From Octopus vulgaris (Eukaryota): a stretch of 64,000 bases of DNA. Where the stretch lies: assembly GCA_951406725.2 (NCBI GenBank), contig OX597835.1, positions 11,656,001 through 11,720,000 on the forward strand, read 5' to 3'. Below, piece by piece: positions 41,044 through 54,602 of this stretch (its first letter is position 1; every line of letters begins with the position of its first letter). The notes beneath the pieces were generated by a model, which ran no database searches, had not been told where the DNA came from, and worked only from the letters and a program-made list of their open reading frames with translations. The position numbers and the translations under genes were made by a program.

Positions 41044-41335
41044 GTTATTATTATTGTTATTATTGTTATTATTATAATTGTTGTTATTGTTATTACTATT
41101 ATTATTATTGTTATTATTATTATTATTATTACTATTACAATTATTACAATTGTTATTATTATTATTGTTATTATTATTATTGTTATTATTATTATTATTT
41201 TTATTATTATTATTGTTATTATTATTATAATTGTTATTATTATTATTATTATTATTGTTATTATTGTTATTATCATTATTATTATTATTATTGTTATTAT
41301 TATTATTATTATTATTACTATTACAATTATTACAA

Positions 41336-41380
<45 letters not shown>

Positions 41381-41436
41381 TTATTGTTATTATTGTTATT
41401 ATTATTATTATTATTACTATTACAATTATTATTATA

Positions 41437-41493
<57 letters not shown>

Positions 41494-41495
41494 GT
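40955..41495. repeat. (ATT)n microsatellite with GTT/ACA variants
   Basis: Direct reading. Confidence 0.95.
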
Positions 41496-41893
41496 TGCTG
41501 TTGTTGGTATTGTTGTAGTTGTTATTTGTAATATTATTCTAATACGGTTTGTCTTCTCAGTTTCTTTGCATCGTGTTTTCATGCATTCGCAATCTGCAAT
41601 ATGTTAGTCAAAACATCCATTGACTTCTGGGTGATTACATCGCAAATGATGTAGACAAACAGGGAATTAAAGCAGAAAACAAGAAAGACATCACCATCAT
41701 CATCACCATCATCATCATCATCGTCATCATCAATATCATCTATAACAACAACAACAGCAATAATAGCGACATGATGTACAGTGAAAGTAAACATGGTCGA
41801 CAATGCCAAACAATTTCCAATGTAGACGTGTGTCTGTCTTGAACAATAAAGAAAGGAAATAGAAATATAGAAATACACACAAATACAGATATG

Positions 41894-41957
<64 letters not shown>

Positions 41958-41976
41958 ATGTATGTATATATGTATG

Positions 41977-42027
<51 letters not shown>

Positions 42028-42042
42028 ATATAATATATAAAT

Positions 42043-42368
42043 TAGTGTACATTTAAACACAAGAGAAAACTACCTTTAATCAGGTAATTTTTTACACGCT
42101 AGAAGAAGCAGTCAAAACGACCAAAACCACATTTAAGAGCAATTTTCGAAGGGAAGGAAAAATTAAAAACTTTTACCTTGTTATTTTTTTACGGTTATAC
42201 CTAGGTTTCAGAATTTCTTTAGCAAATAAATAACAAGGTAAAAGTTTTTATTTTTCATTCCCTTAAAAAATTACTCTTAAATGTGGTTTTGGTCGTTTTG
42301 ACTGCTTCTTCTAGCGTGTAAAAATTACCTGTTAAAGGTAGTTTTGTCTTATGTTTAAATGTACACTA
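42043..42368. mobile_element. Fold-back/MITE-like element with ~145-bp inverted arms
   Basis: Termini TAGTGTACATTTAAACA...TGTTTAAATGTACACTA. TACACGCTAGAAGAAGCAGTCAAAACGACCAAAACCACATTTAAGAG is perfectly inverted. Confidence 0.88.
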
Positions 42369-42409
42369 CTTTATATTGAGAATATGTTGTCTTTTGATTT
42401 TTTATACAT

Positions 42410-42778
42410 CCTTTTACTTGCTTCAGTCATTTGACCGCGGCCACGCTGGAGCACTGCCTTTAATCGAGCAAATTGACCCCAAGACTTATACTTTGTAAGC
42501 CTAGTACTTATTCTATCGGTCTTTTTGCCGAACCGCTAGGTTACGGGGATGTAAATACACCAGCATTGGTTGTCATGCGATGTTGGGGAAACAAACACAG
42601 ATACACAAACATAAAAACAAATATATATACATAGACATATATACGACGGGCTTCTTTCAGTTTCTATCTACTAAATTCACTCTCAAAGCTTTGGTCGGCC
42701 CAAGGTGCCACGCAGTTGGGACTGAACCCAGAACCATGTGGTTGGAAAGCAAGCTACTTACCACACAGCAACGCCTGC
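42410..42778 (-). mobile_element. SINE family C, diverged
   Basis: Homology to 30416-30828. Confidence 0.85.
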
Positions 42779-42978
42779 ACCTGTGTGATTGTGTGCATGT
42801 ATATGAGTAACGTGATGATAACCATTTAAATCTACGAGTTTCCGTAGGAGCGAAATTACAGACTGTATCCCGAAATTAATAACAATACATTGCGTAAGCG
42901 TGAAATACCGTAACCTACATCCCAACACGGAGGAGGTCTCTCTCTCTCTGTCTCCCTGTCTGTCTCTATTTCTCTCTC

Positions 42979-43056
<78 letters not shown>

Positions 43057-43518
43057 ATTTACAGGCTGTAGCATGAGGTGTTTATAATATAGCTATTTAT
43101 AATTTGCATAGACAACGTGAGAGTGATTTGGGTTCTCCTAATTTACATAACAATCTCAGTCTATTCACAGATAAAAAACAACAAATGGGTTGCCCATTTT
43201 CTCTTCTTATACAACGAACGCGATTCTACCTTATACCAATCTCTTCTTCTGCATAAGCATTTATGCAGTATATATATATGTGTGCATGTGTGTGTGTGTG
43301 TCTGTGTCTCTATCTCTCTATATATGTGCATATGTATATATACACGTATATACATATATATCTATACATAAATACGTGTCTTATATATATACATACATGA
43401 ATACATATATACATATATATATACATGCACATATGTATTTGTGTATGAATGTTTTTTGTGTGTAAACTTACATATATCATAGAACATGTTTATATTTGTG
43501 CCTGTAATAAATAGATAA

Positions 43519-43653
<135 letters not shown>

Positions 43654-44147
43654 TACGTATGTGCATGAATACATGTTCAAGCGAATGTTTATATATTTAA
43701 TTTAATGATACAGTTGTTATGCGATTGTAATGTTATGTTGTAATTTTTTTCACTATAATTACATGCAGGTATACATTTGAGTGTGCTGTTTATATTAACA
43801 AACTTTGTAGTTGATAATAATTATCTTATTTTGTAGTGGTTCGTATTATTGATTTTGTTTTTTTTTAAAGTGAAATATTTGCATTTATTGATCTTCCAAA
43901 ATGTCGATTTAAATTGTGTCTGGAAACATCTTTAAGTCATAATGCTTGATTGGAATCGTTTCACAGAAAACGGATATATTTCTTAGTATTAGATATCGAA
44001 AAACTAAATATACACAAGAAGAGAAGAAAAAACAAAACTATAGCTGAACACATTCTTTATGCTGTTAGCCATGTAGTAGTGAATTTATTCGAAATATTTA
44101 CGATATTTATTTCACTGCAATATCTCTTGTTTTACCGTGTTCACAAT

Positions 44148-44495
44148 GAAGGCGCATGGCTCAGTGGTTAGAGCGTCGAGCTTACGATCGTGAGGTTGTG
44201 AGCTCGAATCCCGGACCGCCGGGCTGCGTGTTGTGTTCTTGAGCAAAGCACTTTATTTCACGTTGCTCCAGTTCACTCAGCTGTAGAAATGAGTTGCGAC
44301 GTCACTGGTGCCAAGCTGTATCGACCTTTGTGTTTCCCTTGGACAACATCGGTGACGTGGAGAGGGGAGGCTGGTATGCATGGGCGACTGCTGGTCTTCC
44401 ATAAACAACCTCGCCCGGACTTGTGTCTAGGAGGGTAACCTTCTAGGTGCAATCCCATGGTCATTCATGACCGAAGGGGGTCTTTACCCTTTACC
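44148..44495 (+). mobile_element. tRNA-derived SINE, family D
   Basis: A-box TGGCTCAGTGG and B-box GAGCTCGAATCCC. Ends in a TTTACC repeat, with the flanking repeat TTTACCGTGTT at 44131 and 44490. Confidence 0.85.
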
Positions 44496-44581
44496 GTGTT
44501 ATCTCATTCTATATTAACGTTATTTCCACGACTATCGATGAGATTTTCCGTTTTCGTAGTTTCATTTCCATTTATTATTTA

Positions 44582-44958
44582 CTAGCAGCATAGCCCGGCG
44601 TTGCCCGGGTATGTAAGAACCCCTAGTAGGCAACGACTAGTCCCAATCTAGTTCTTTCCCTCTAGGGAACGAAGGCGCATGTGTAGGTTGCAATGTCTTC
44701 TCTTCACTCGAATACTTCTATGTATACGATGTTCCAAGCTGTTTCCTGATTGCAAGTTGCGAAAACTACAACAGAAAATGTGTTGCATATAAAAAGCTTA
44801 GATTCTCGACCCCATGTCGAATTTATCGATTTTTTCAGAACTGGGGGAACTTTTCAAAATTTTCGCTGCGTTAGTTTTGAATTATGACATTGGGCTATGT
44901 GTGTGTCAAGTTTCATCAGACACACAGACAGACAAACTGCCGTTTATATATAGAGAGA
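44582..44958 (-). mobile_element. Non-autonomous Helitron
   Basis: On the minus strand: A|TCTCTCTATATATAAACGGCAG...CCCGGGCAACGCCGGG hairpin...CTAG|T. Confidence 0.87.
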
Positions 44959-45340
44959 TATCATTGCTTTAAAGTTTCAAACAATATACCATCAATAGTG
45001 TATACCTGCGCTCCACAAACGTCTCGTTGCTATTCAGTATCGTATCTGACGCACTGAATGAAACGGCCTTATAGTGTTTCACTTCCGAGCCGAGGATTAG
45101 CAGGTGTACGTCAGGCAGATAGGAGGAAAATTAATTTAATGCTAATCAGCTGTTTGTTGAACTGTTGACATTACAGGTGTGTACATCTCTCGCGTTTAAA
45201 CATCGAAACCATTATATATTTTAGGTGAGGTTGAATTTGATATCAAGTCACTTGTGATTCGAAACCAGTTTGTGTATATGTGTATGCATACATACAGCTA
45301 CTTACACAAATATATATATATATATATGTATGCATGTATG

Positions 45341-45378
<38 letters not shown>

Positions 45379-45438
45379 ATATATATGTATTATATATATA
45401 TGTATATATATATATATATAAATATAATTTATGGTCTC

Positions 45439-45480
<42 letters not shown>

Positions 45481-45537
45481 CATGGGTGGATAATTCGCAA
45501 CTTTGCAACCTAAAGGCAGTGATGCATACATCACTAA

Positions 45538-45706
45538 AGTGAACAAAGGCTCTAGTTAACACCAGTATTGTTAGAAATAAGAGTCAAAAGTAACTCAATA
45601 GCCACAGAAGCGCTATCTTCAGCTCATTAAGATAGTACTTTGTGGTTATTGAGTCGTTTTGACTCTTATTTCTAGCAATACTGGTGCTGATTAGTGTTCT
45701 TGTTCA

Positions 45707-45709
<3 letters not shown>
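45538..45709. mobile_element. ~170-bp fold-back/MITE-like palindrome
   Basis: AGTGAACAA...CACCAGTATTGTTAGAAATAAGAGTCAAAA pairs with TTTTGACTCTTATTTCTAGCAATACTGGTG...TTGTTCACT. Confidence 0.8.
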
Positions 45710-45745
<36 letters not shown>

Positions 45746-45751
45746 GGTGGG

Positions 45752-45915
45752 GGCAGGAGTGACTGTGTGGTAAAGAGCTTGCTTCCCAACCACATGGTTC
45801 TGGAATCCGGGTTGGGATAAGAACGATAGAATGAGTCCTAGGCTTACAAAGAATAAGCTCTCGGTGCTCCAGCATGGCCGCAGTCAAATAACTGAAGCAA
45901 GTAAAAGAATAAAAT
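45752..45915 (+). mobile_element. Internally deleted SINE family C
   Basis: Head GCAGGAGTGACTGTGTGGTAA joined to tail CGGTGCTCCAGCATGGCCGCAGTC. Confidence 0.8.
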
Positions 45916-45941
45916 AAAAAAGAACGTACACACACATGCAT

Positions 45942-45979
<38 letters not shown>

Positions 45980-46763
45980 ACACACACACACACATATATC
46001 TTTCATTTCTGTAGAAGAGCGTAGGCACGAAATATCAAAGACTTGTTCGATTTTCCCTGAGCGTCGAACTGATGCACCCTGATTTTTGTTCCATCATTTG
46101 TCTCTGCGAATTGTATCAATATTTGAACCATGTGTGTGCGCGTGTGTTCATGTGTGCTTCTACGTGCGTGTATGTACGTGTGTATGTGAGTAAAAACGTG
46201 GTGTGCCGACTTACACATATAGACAAGGATATATATATATCAGCTTGTAAACACTTACTTAAATACGTGGGTGTATACAAATGCATCAGAATCAGTTATA
46301 CAAAAATCATACAAAAATCAATTACACACACACAAACAAACATGAACACACACACACATAAGAATATATAATTTACTAATATACACGTTATATAAAACAG
46401 ATACATAAATATATAACCGACAGAGCACATAATCAACACACAAATACACGGATCTTAGAAGTAAAAACATACTAATTACGCAACAAATAAAGGATGTGTA
46501 ATTACTAACGCATATATCATGAAAGCAAATGGTGCGCAACCTATACGCATGCGCATATGCACATATGAACATATGCACATATGAACATATGCATAACTGT
46601 AAGCATACAAACACACCCATATGTGTGTGTGTGAATATATAATATGCAAAGCTAATATATACATCTACTAATCGTATATATGTATGTATATGCAGTCAAA
46701 TACATACTCAAACACAAATATATAAGTGTGTATACGCATATATATATATATATATATATATGC

Positions 46764-46800
<37 letters not shown>

Positions 46801-47066
46801 ATCTATGAATGCATATATGCAGTCAAATACATACATATCCAAAATCTCGGTTAAGCATACATGCATATTCATATAGTTTTCCATATTCAAAAAGCACATT
46901 GCGTGTAATGAGAAACATTAAATAAAAATTACGATTCAGGATACGGAATTTAAATTATGCAAATTAGAATATATAAATTTAATGCAGAAGATATGTCTAA
47001 AATAATGCGATAGTGAATACATAATGCAGCATTCAGAATGGAGTAAATGTGTGTGTATATATATAC

Positions 47067-47103
<37 letters not shown>

Positions 47104-47153
47104 CACTTATATATATATACATATATATACATATATATATATATACAAATATA

Positions 47154-47194
<41 letters not shown>

Positions 47195-47874
47195 ACATAT
47201 ATATATATATCAGTATATATCAGTTTTGCATTAACATTTTTCTCTAATAATTTTGCTTTGTGCTTACAGAAGGTTTACTCCCACCTGAAGTTCACGGTTG
47301 ATTCGATACGGAATATTGTTCTTATATATTTTACATATCTTCTTTGTTCTAAACAATTTACAGCTATTTTTCTGCGAATAACTCTCAACGCGATATAAAT
47401 ATGGTTGTTTTCCTTTTTTGCTTTAGCGATAACACGTAATGGGACAAAACCTTTCTCTGCGCGCCTGCTGTTGCTTCTAAAGAAATATGTGCGTTGATTG
47501 TAATATAAACTTAGAAGTATTATCAGTTGAATTTATATTGGATTTGGATATGATGGTATTGTGGCCGAGATCTCCTAAATAGTACGCTAGTGATTTTGGA
47601 ATGTCTTTAGGGTTAGGAACTTGAGTAGTTTAGGCAATTACATGTCACAAGGAGATTGAGCTGTTGGCATGTGAAAGGTTTCTGGCGTTAATCGGGTCAG
47701 CATCCGTAAATTAATTTCATGCTGCTGTTACTTAATGCTTTATCATACATGTTGTTGATGTTGGGAGAGTAGTTTTTGTACAAAAATAAAACGGTCTTTG
47801 GGCAGGTTTGTGCGAGCATTTGACCAGAAAGGGAGGCCGTTCATAGAGGTTTGATTTAAGACTTCTGTCTTAAA

Positions 47875-48008
47875 ACCTAGAACTTATTTTATCGGTCTTT
47901 CTTGCTAAAACGCTAATATACGTAAACACACCCACACCAGTTGTCAAGCGGTGATGGGGGACAAAAACAGTCACAAAGAGGCACACACACACACACAAAC
48001 ACACACAC

Positions 48009-48049
<41 letters not shown>

Positions 48050-48432
48050 TGCATTGCTATACATAAATGCAACACGCTAGGAGGGGCTCTTAAAGTCAAA
48101 ACTACCAAAATACCGAGTGCAAGGAAAGGTAACTCTCGAAGCAAGCCTTCTATATAATATAAATAAATATATTTAAGAGAAAAAATTGGTGGATTTTTCT
48201 CTCATGAGGTTTTACACGCTAACTACTTCATAAAATCTTATTAAGATTTTATCCTATTTTAAAATTATATATATGTTTATATATATACTTCGGACTTCTT
48301 TTAGTTTCCGTCTACCAAATCTACTTATAATGCTTCAGTTGCCCGAAGCTATCTTATAAGACACCAAGGTGCCACAAAGTGTGACTGAATCCGACACCAT
48401 GTGGTTGACAAACAGACTCTTTACCATAAGCC
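47875..48432 (-). mobile_element. Diverged, interrupted SINE family C
   Basis: CCTAG..CTTATT.TATCGGTCT, TTGTCAAGC, AGTTTCCGTCTACCAAATC and ACCATGTGGTT occur in family order. Confidence 0.7.
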
Positions 48433-48724
48433 ACGGATGCATCTAACGCCTAAGTAAAAAGAGTCACATCATCTGAGACGTTTTTGATGAGAGTTTACTG
48501 ATGTTTTTTACTAGATCCTCAATGAAATAGGATGAGTGGTTAGGATTTTTTTAGGTTATAATAGACTTTCTTGGTTCTCCAGTAAGGATGCAAGATGCTA
48601 GTATCTGGAATAAGTATAATATCGGAGAAAGTTCTTGTGTTTAGGAGAGTGTCTACACATCTTTTAGGCCGTCACTGAAAGACTTAGATGAGTCTAAATA
48701 ATTCTTTATCTTCCAAATGTTTTT

Positions 48725-49640
48725 TTGTAGTTTAAACTCAGAGCTGAGGCCATGCTGGAGCACCGACGTTTTGCTACACTGGCAGCAAATATGTGGCACG
48801 TGGTGAAGAATGGAGTTTCATGTAGCCACCCTCATTTGCACCTCTTGCCGTGAGGTAGGTTCATCCAGGACACTCGACAGGAAGAGGCTCAGCCTCGATT
48901 TAAAAACACCTACATCTACTTAGTGCAGGTTTCACGGGCTCTTTGGGAGAATATTAAAAAGCTGTGGGCCCCTGAAACCCAGGCTGTTGCAGTAACTGGT
49001 CTTGAAGCGCGATGGCATTGCTGGGATTTTTGGCACTGTGCAGTGTTGACTCGTTCTGGCATTGGTGTAGCTGTCAGTGCCAAAATTTGGTACAATTCCT
49101 TCCAGGATCTTCCAGATGTATATTACTGCATAGCTCTCCCACCTTCGCTCCAGGGAGTAGAGTCTTAACTGTTTCAGCCTTTCCCAGTAAGTGAGCTGTT
49201 GGAAAGAGATGATCTTTATGAAGCTTCACTGAATTGCTTCAAGGTCCGCTGTTAATTTTACATTTTTGGGTAACCATAGCTGGGAGCAGTAATCCAGGCG
49301 GCTGAGGACGAATGTCCTCCAGAGGTCCATCAAGGATTCCTTATCTCTGGTTCTGAATGTTCTCTGGATCCATGCAGCCATTCGTCTGCACTTTGTCGCC
49401 ATCCTGGTAATGTGCACTTGGAAAAACGTATCGTCACTCATGTCGATACCCAGGTCCCTCATTGCTTTAGGCTCTGGGATTGTAATTCCCTGTGGACCAG
49501 TGGACCCTGTAAGTTTAATATTCAGTTTTGGACGCTGGTAGCGCAGGGCTTGGAATTTTTCAGCATTGAACCGCATATTATTATCCTTAGGCCATCTGAA
49601 AATTGAGTCCAACTCCTGCTGCAGATGTGCAAACGTCGCT
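48725..49640 (-). pseudogene. 5'-truncated CR1/L2/Jockey-group LINE (RT C-terminus plus 3' end)
   Basis: LQQELDSIFRWPKDNNMRFNAEKF, RDLGI, IQRTFRTRD, LSRLDYCSQLW and LEAIQ are typical of the CR1-group RT thumb region. Confidence 0.88.
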
Positions 49641-50319
49641 GGAGTTCTGTATTTTCTGTGAGACATCCGTATCGTCTGCGTAGCTAGCAAGGGCGGCCAT
49701 CCGGGCGTGTTCATTATTCTTATATTATTATCTCACCCTTGCAATTATAGCCCCATGGAGTTCATCGAGATCGAGGCTGTTATAATGGCTATGTTTTGTG
49801 TTTGCGGGCACGGGCGCTTTAATGATTGCATCCAATAAGCGGTTCTTCTGTGAATTATTTCAAATTAAGTTGAGTAGGTTCCATTTAGTAATATTGGTGG
49901 AATGTCAAATAAGGCATGTATGCATTGAATTTTGCGGACCTGTTGTTAGGTAAATAAGTAAATAAGATTTTTAATATGCGTTGTGGCAGCTATCAGTTAT
50001 AAATTGTGATGAAAACTAGATTCAGGATGGTGAGTGACGATAGAAATGTTTTACAAATGACAACATACGGAAATAAAGAATTGGTATAAAATAAAATAAT
50101 GCATAATGGATAGCAGAAATATAAAGCAAAATGAGAATAAATATAAAAATATCAGAACGTAAAAACGTGAATACGAACATACATGATAATACCTGATAGA
50201 CGGCTATATGAGTAAATGTATTAAAAATCTTGTATATTAAAAAGAATAATAATAAATATTTAAAATATATATTAAAAATATGTGTATAAAATAAATATTA
50301 CATATATATATGTATAAAA

Positions 50320-50388
<69 letters not shown>

Positions 50389-50731
50389 CAGAAGTTACAT
50401 ATTAAAAATATTTTTATATTATAGATATTTAAAAATGTATAGGAATAAACGTATAAGCTTATAAAATGAAGAAAGAAAGAAAGAAATACCTGGAGTGATA
50501 GATTTATAGATAGATCGATTGATAAATAAAGAAATATATAAATCAAATTAATACATGAGAGAAAGGTTGACACAATGAAGGAAAAAATAAATAAAAGAAA
50601 AATAGCAAAACAAATATCTACAGAAAATAATAATTGAAAAAAAAAATATTGAGAAACTTGTTAAATTTAAAACGTGTGATGGAAGGTGTGGGGTACGTGG
50701 ACAAGAACAAGTAAGAGACATACATACATAC

Positions 50732-51175
<444 letters not shown>

Positions 51176-52117
51176 TGTGTATGTATGTATGTATGTATGT
51201 GTGTATATGCATGTGTATATATATTGATATGAAAATATATAAAGACCGGAGAGGTAATGATGATGAAAATCACAACAACAACAATATTGATGGGAGCGGC
51301 AAGAGTAGAGGCGATTCCAATATTTTATGGAATTTGAAAAAGAAAATATGTAGAATAGATATTTTGCATTCCTGAGTTTGAAACAGCTTCAAAAACTCTA
51401 CAAAGTTCTTTGTAAAAATCAGTTGGGAATGTTTTAATAAAAACGTTTCCTTGATAAAAACAAATGGGAGATGTAAAACGGAGGTAAGAGAATGGTGTGA
51501 CATGTGTGAGTCATGAGGGTATGACCAAGAGGTGAGGCTTGTGATGGTAGAATCCACACACACATCGATACATATGTATCTATGCATGGTGGCTGCTCCC
51601 TCGTTATCGAGTATGGCTATTGCTCGAAGCTTAATCAATATTGTTATCGTGCAATGCCTGTGTAAGAAGATTTTTTTTTAAAGTGAGAAAAGGCTGTGCA
51701 CTGAGTCAATCCCACTCACTAAGCAACATCAGCCATAATCCGAAAAGAAGAACAAGTCAACATCATCCGTAACCACTGAGCCGTAGGTTTTATATCGGAG
51801 TTATCCCAGTTACCTGGGTTACCTTCTCCTAGAAGAATGCCCTAACAAAGGCTAGGAGTCCTTCACTCCCAATGGTTTAACCGCACGATCGGGTATTCAG
51901 TCCGATTATTTCTATGTTCCCGCGCATGATACAGCCTTAAGACATTTATTGGATGGCCGTTGACTCTCAAAGGGCGGAGGAACTTTTGAGAGTATCTATG
52001 CATACATACATATATACGTACATATTTGTGTATTGTGAAAGCATTATGAATGATAAAGTATATTTGTTGTGTAACAGTGACATTGGCAGTTATTGTTTTG
52101 AGAATGATATACCTTTA

Positions 52118-52485
52118 TAGGGGATGTTCAGACTAAATTTGATGATTCTTTATGGCTCCCTTTCTTAAGAACAGATTGATGTTTTGATAGAGTGCACAGC
52201 ATAGTAATACATGAAGATGAAAGCTGTAGTTGAGAGAAAAATTAGCTGACATCGAGGATTGGAATCCATCTGAATATTGGTTGTTACCTGCATCATGATG
52301 ATTTGCACCGGGTATGAAAATACCAACTTTATGACAGCCACCCAATGCTCTATAAACACTGTAAAGGTTGTAGGATGTGACATGGACAGTTGCAAGGAAG
52401 GATACGAAGCCGTGGCCAAAAAGAAGGGACGCAGCAGGTATTCCGACTGCGTCTTCAACTGAAATTCATTCCCCGCTTTGAACAG
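52118..52485 (+). pseudogene. Possible Tc1/mariner transposase N-terminal remnant
   Basis: Frameshifted ADIEDWNPSEYWL / IMMICTGYENTNFMTATQCSINTVK...YEAVAKKK..SRYSDCV...EFI. It resembles the HTH-linker region of IS630-Tc1-mariner transposases from recall only. Confidence 0.4.
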
Positions 52486-52564
52486 GACTTTAGGTTCAGT
52501 TGAGACGGCTGTGTGATGTTGCTGGAGATTGTCATCAATCCCTGTTGTTGCTGGTACAACGCCC

Positions 52565-52732
52565 GCAATTTATAAGGGCGTTGTACATCGACCCTAGAGC
52601 TAGAACGAAACTTATCTTATCGACCTTGAAGTGATGCAATACGATGTCGACCTCGACGGAATTTTGACTTCAGTATATAACAACTGCAAAATTTGTCCCA
52701 TGCGCTAAAACTTCTGCCACCTCGTCGCTTGA
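52565..52732 (-). mobile_element. Diverged SINE family B
   Basis: ACATCGACCCT, TATCGACC and GTCGACCTCGACGGAATTT motifs plus head remnant. Confidence 0.65.
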
Positions 52733-52756
52733 AGAACAGCCACAGCATTAATACTA

Positions 52757-53195
52757 ATCCTTTCTATTATAGGTCCAAAGATTAGTTGATTACATCGATA
52801 CCAGTGCGCAAGCAGCATTTATTTCATCGACCCCGAAAGGAGGGTGAAATGCAACGCCGATGTTAGTGGATCTTGAACTCAAAACGTAAAGATGGATGAA
52901 TTACCAATTTCATTACTACCCACAAGGGGCTAAACACAGAGAGGACAAACAAGGACAAACACACGGGTTAAGTCGATTATATCGACCCCAGTGTTTCACT
53001 GGTACTTAATTTATCGACCCCGAAAGGATGAAAGGCAAAGTCGACCTCGGCGGAATTTGAACCCAGAACGTAACGGCAGGCGAAATACGGCTACGCATTT
53101 CGTCCAGCGTGCTAACGTTTCTGCCAGCTCGCCGCCTTGACGGATGAATTACCGTTAAGCATTTTCTCCGGTGTGGCAACGAGTCAGCTAACTTG
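52757..53195 (-). mobile_element. Old SINE B (52757-52905 plus 53139-53195) with a young SINE B (52906-53138) nested inside it
   Basis: TSD GAYGGATGAATTACC at 52891-52905 and 53139-53153; the old head continues after the TSD. Confidence 0.9.
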
Positions 53196-53211
53196 CTTCC
53201 TTAACATCAAC

Positions 53212-53214
53212 GAA

Positions 53215-53246
<32 letters not shown>

Positions 53247-53555
53247 AGAAAGAGAAGGAGAAGAAGAAGAAGAAGAAGAAGAAGAAGAAGAAGACTAGAA
53301 GAAGAAGAAGAAGAAGAAGACTAGGAAGAAGAAGAAGAAGAAGAGGAAGAGAAGAAGAAGAAGAAGAAGAAGAAGAAGAAGAAGAAGAAGAAGAAGAAGA
53401 AGAAGAAGAAGAAGAAGAAGAAGAAGAAGAAGAAGAAGAAGAAGAAGAAGAAGAAGAAGAAGAAGAAGAAAAAGAAGAAGAAGAAGAAGAAGAAGAAGAG
53501 AAGAAGAAGAAGAAGAAGAAGAAGAAGAAGAAGAAGAAGAAGAAGAAGAAGAAGA
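53212..53555. repeat. (GAA)n microsatellite
   Basis: Direct reading. Confidence 0.95.
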
Positions 53556-54434
53556 GGAACTCTAATGGCATTGTGGTATATCATGTTTTCTGTCTCTGTA
53601 CTCAGTGAATTGTAATCAGTATGTTCTTCCGTTTCTATCTGTTTTTTTTTCGTCTGAGAAGTCAATATAGCTTCGTATTCCGAACGGAAAGGACATCAGT
53701 TCATTTTTTCACATACACATTAAATAAACAAATAAGGCCGAACGCAAAAGAAAAAAAAAAAAAGAAAGAAATTAATTACATAGCATAATACTCTTGTAAT
53801 ATAATGTCTTTAATATTTACATTTTGAGAGTATAGTTTTAATGTATTTCTTTCTTATATTTATCAACCTATTTTCATCATTCATATTTATTCTCATCCAA
53901 CGTTTTGCGTATTTTCGTATATCGTCATACACATTTTTTTTAAAGTTGCTTTTTCGTTTTCCTTTTTTTAAATTCATTATTCATATTTTTATTTATATTT
54001 TCACAGTTATTTCTACTTTATTTTATTTCATTTTCTTTCCTTATTTCTTCATTTATTATAGTCGCAGACTTCTATTGTCAGTTTTTGTTTTTTGTTTGTT
54101 TTTTTTTTTTTCATTGTGAATCTAACTCTCAGAACAACTTCTGGTAACCGCCAACGCGTACTTTTATGTAGTAATATATTACATGATCTACGAAACAATA
54201 TCTCATAAAAAATTCTCAATTCCACCAAACATCCTTAAAAAGTAACATACTCTCTCACGATGAAAAATTTGTCGGTAGAGCCTCCAACCAATTTTTCAAG
54301 TGAAACCTTAGAGCAAAGAATTACTAAAAGACTTTGTCTTTCATAAAACCTCTTGTCTTTCATAAAACCTCAACAGCTAAAATCCATACACACACACACA
54401 AGCCCAAAACTCCAAAATAATAATTTCTAATTCA

Positions 54435-54602
54435 GATACAAGAACGGCAATTTTTTTGAGGGGAGGGGTTTGATTACATTGAGCCCAGTACTCGACTTGA
54501 AGTTGATGAAAAAGAAAGTTGACATTGGTGGGAATTGATATCAGAACGCAAAAAGCAAGAACCTTTTCCCGGCGCTCTTACCATTCTCTTCGCTCACTGC
54601 CC
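54435..54602 (-). mobile_element. Highly diverged SINE family B
   Basis: GATTACATTGAGCCCAGT, GATGAAAAAGAAAGTTGAC and CCCGGCG motifs. Confidence 0.5.

Noticed and set aside
52165-52560. Minus-strand open frame with AG/GT boundaries as a possible host exon
   Set aside because: There is no recognisable protein, and the plus strand is better explained as a decayed transposase fragment.
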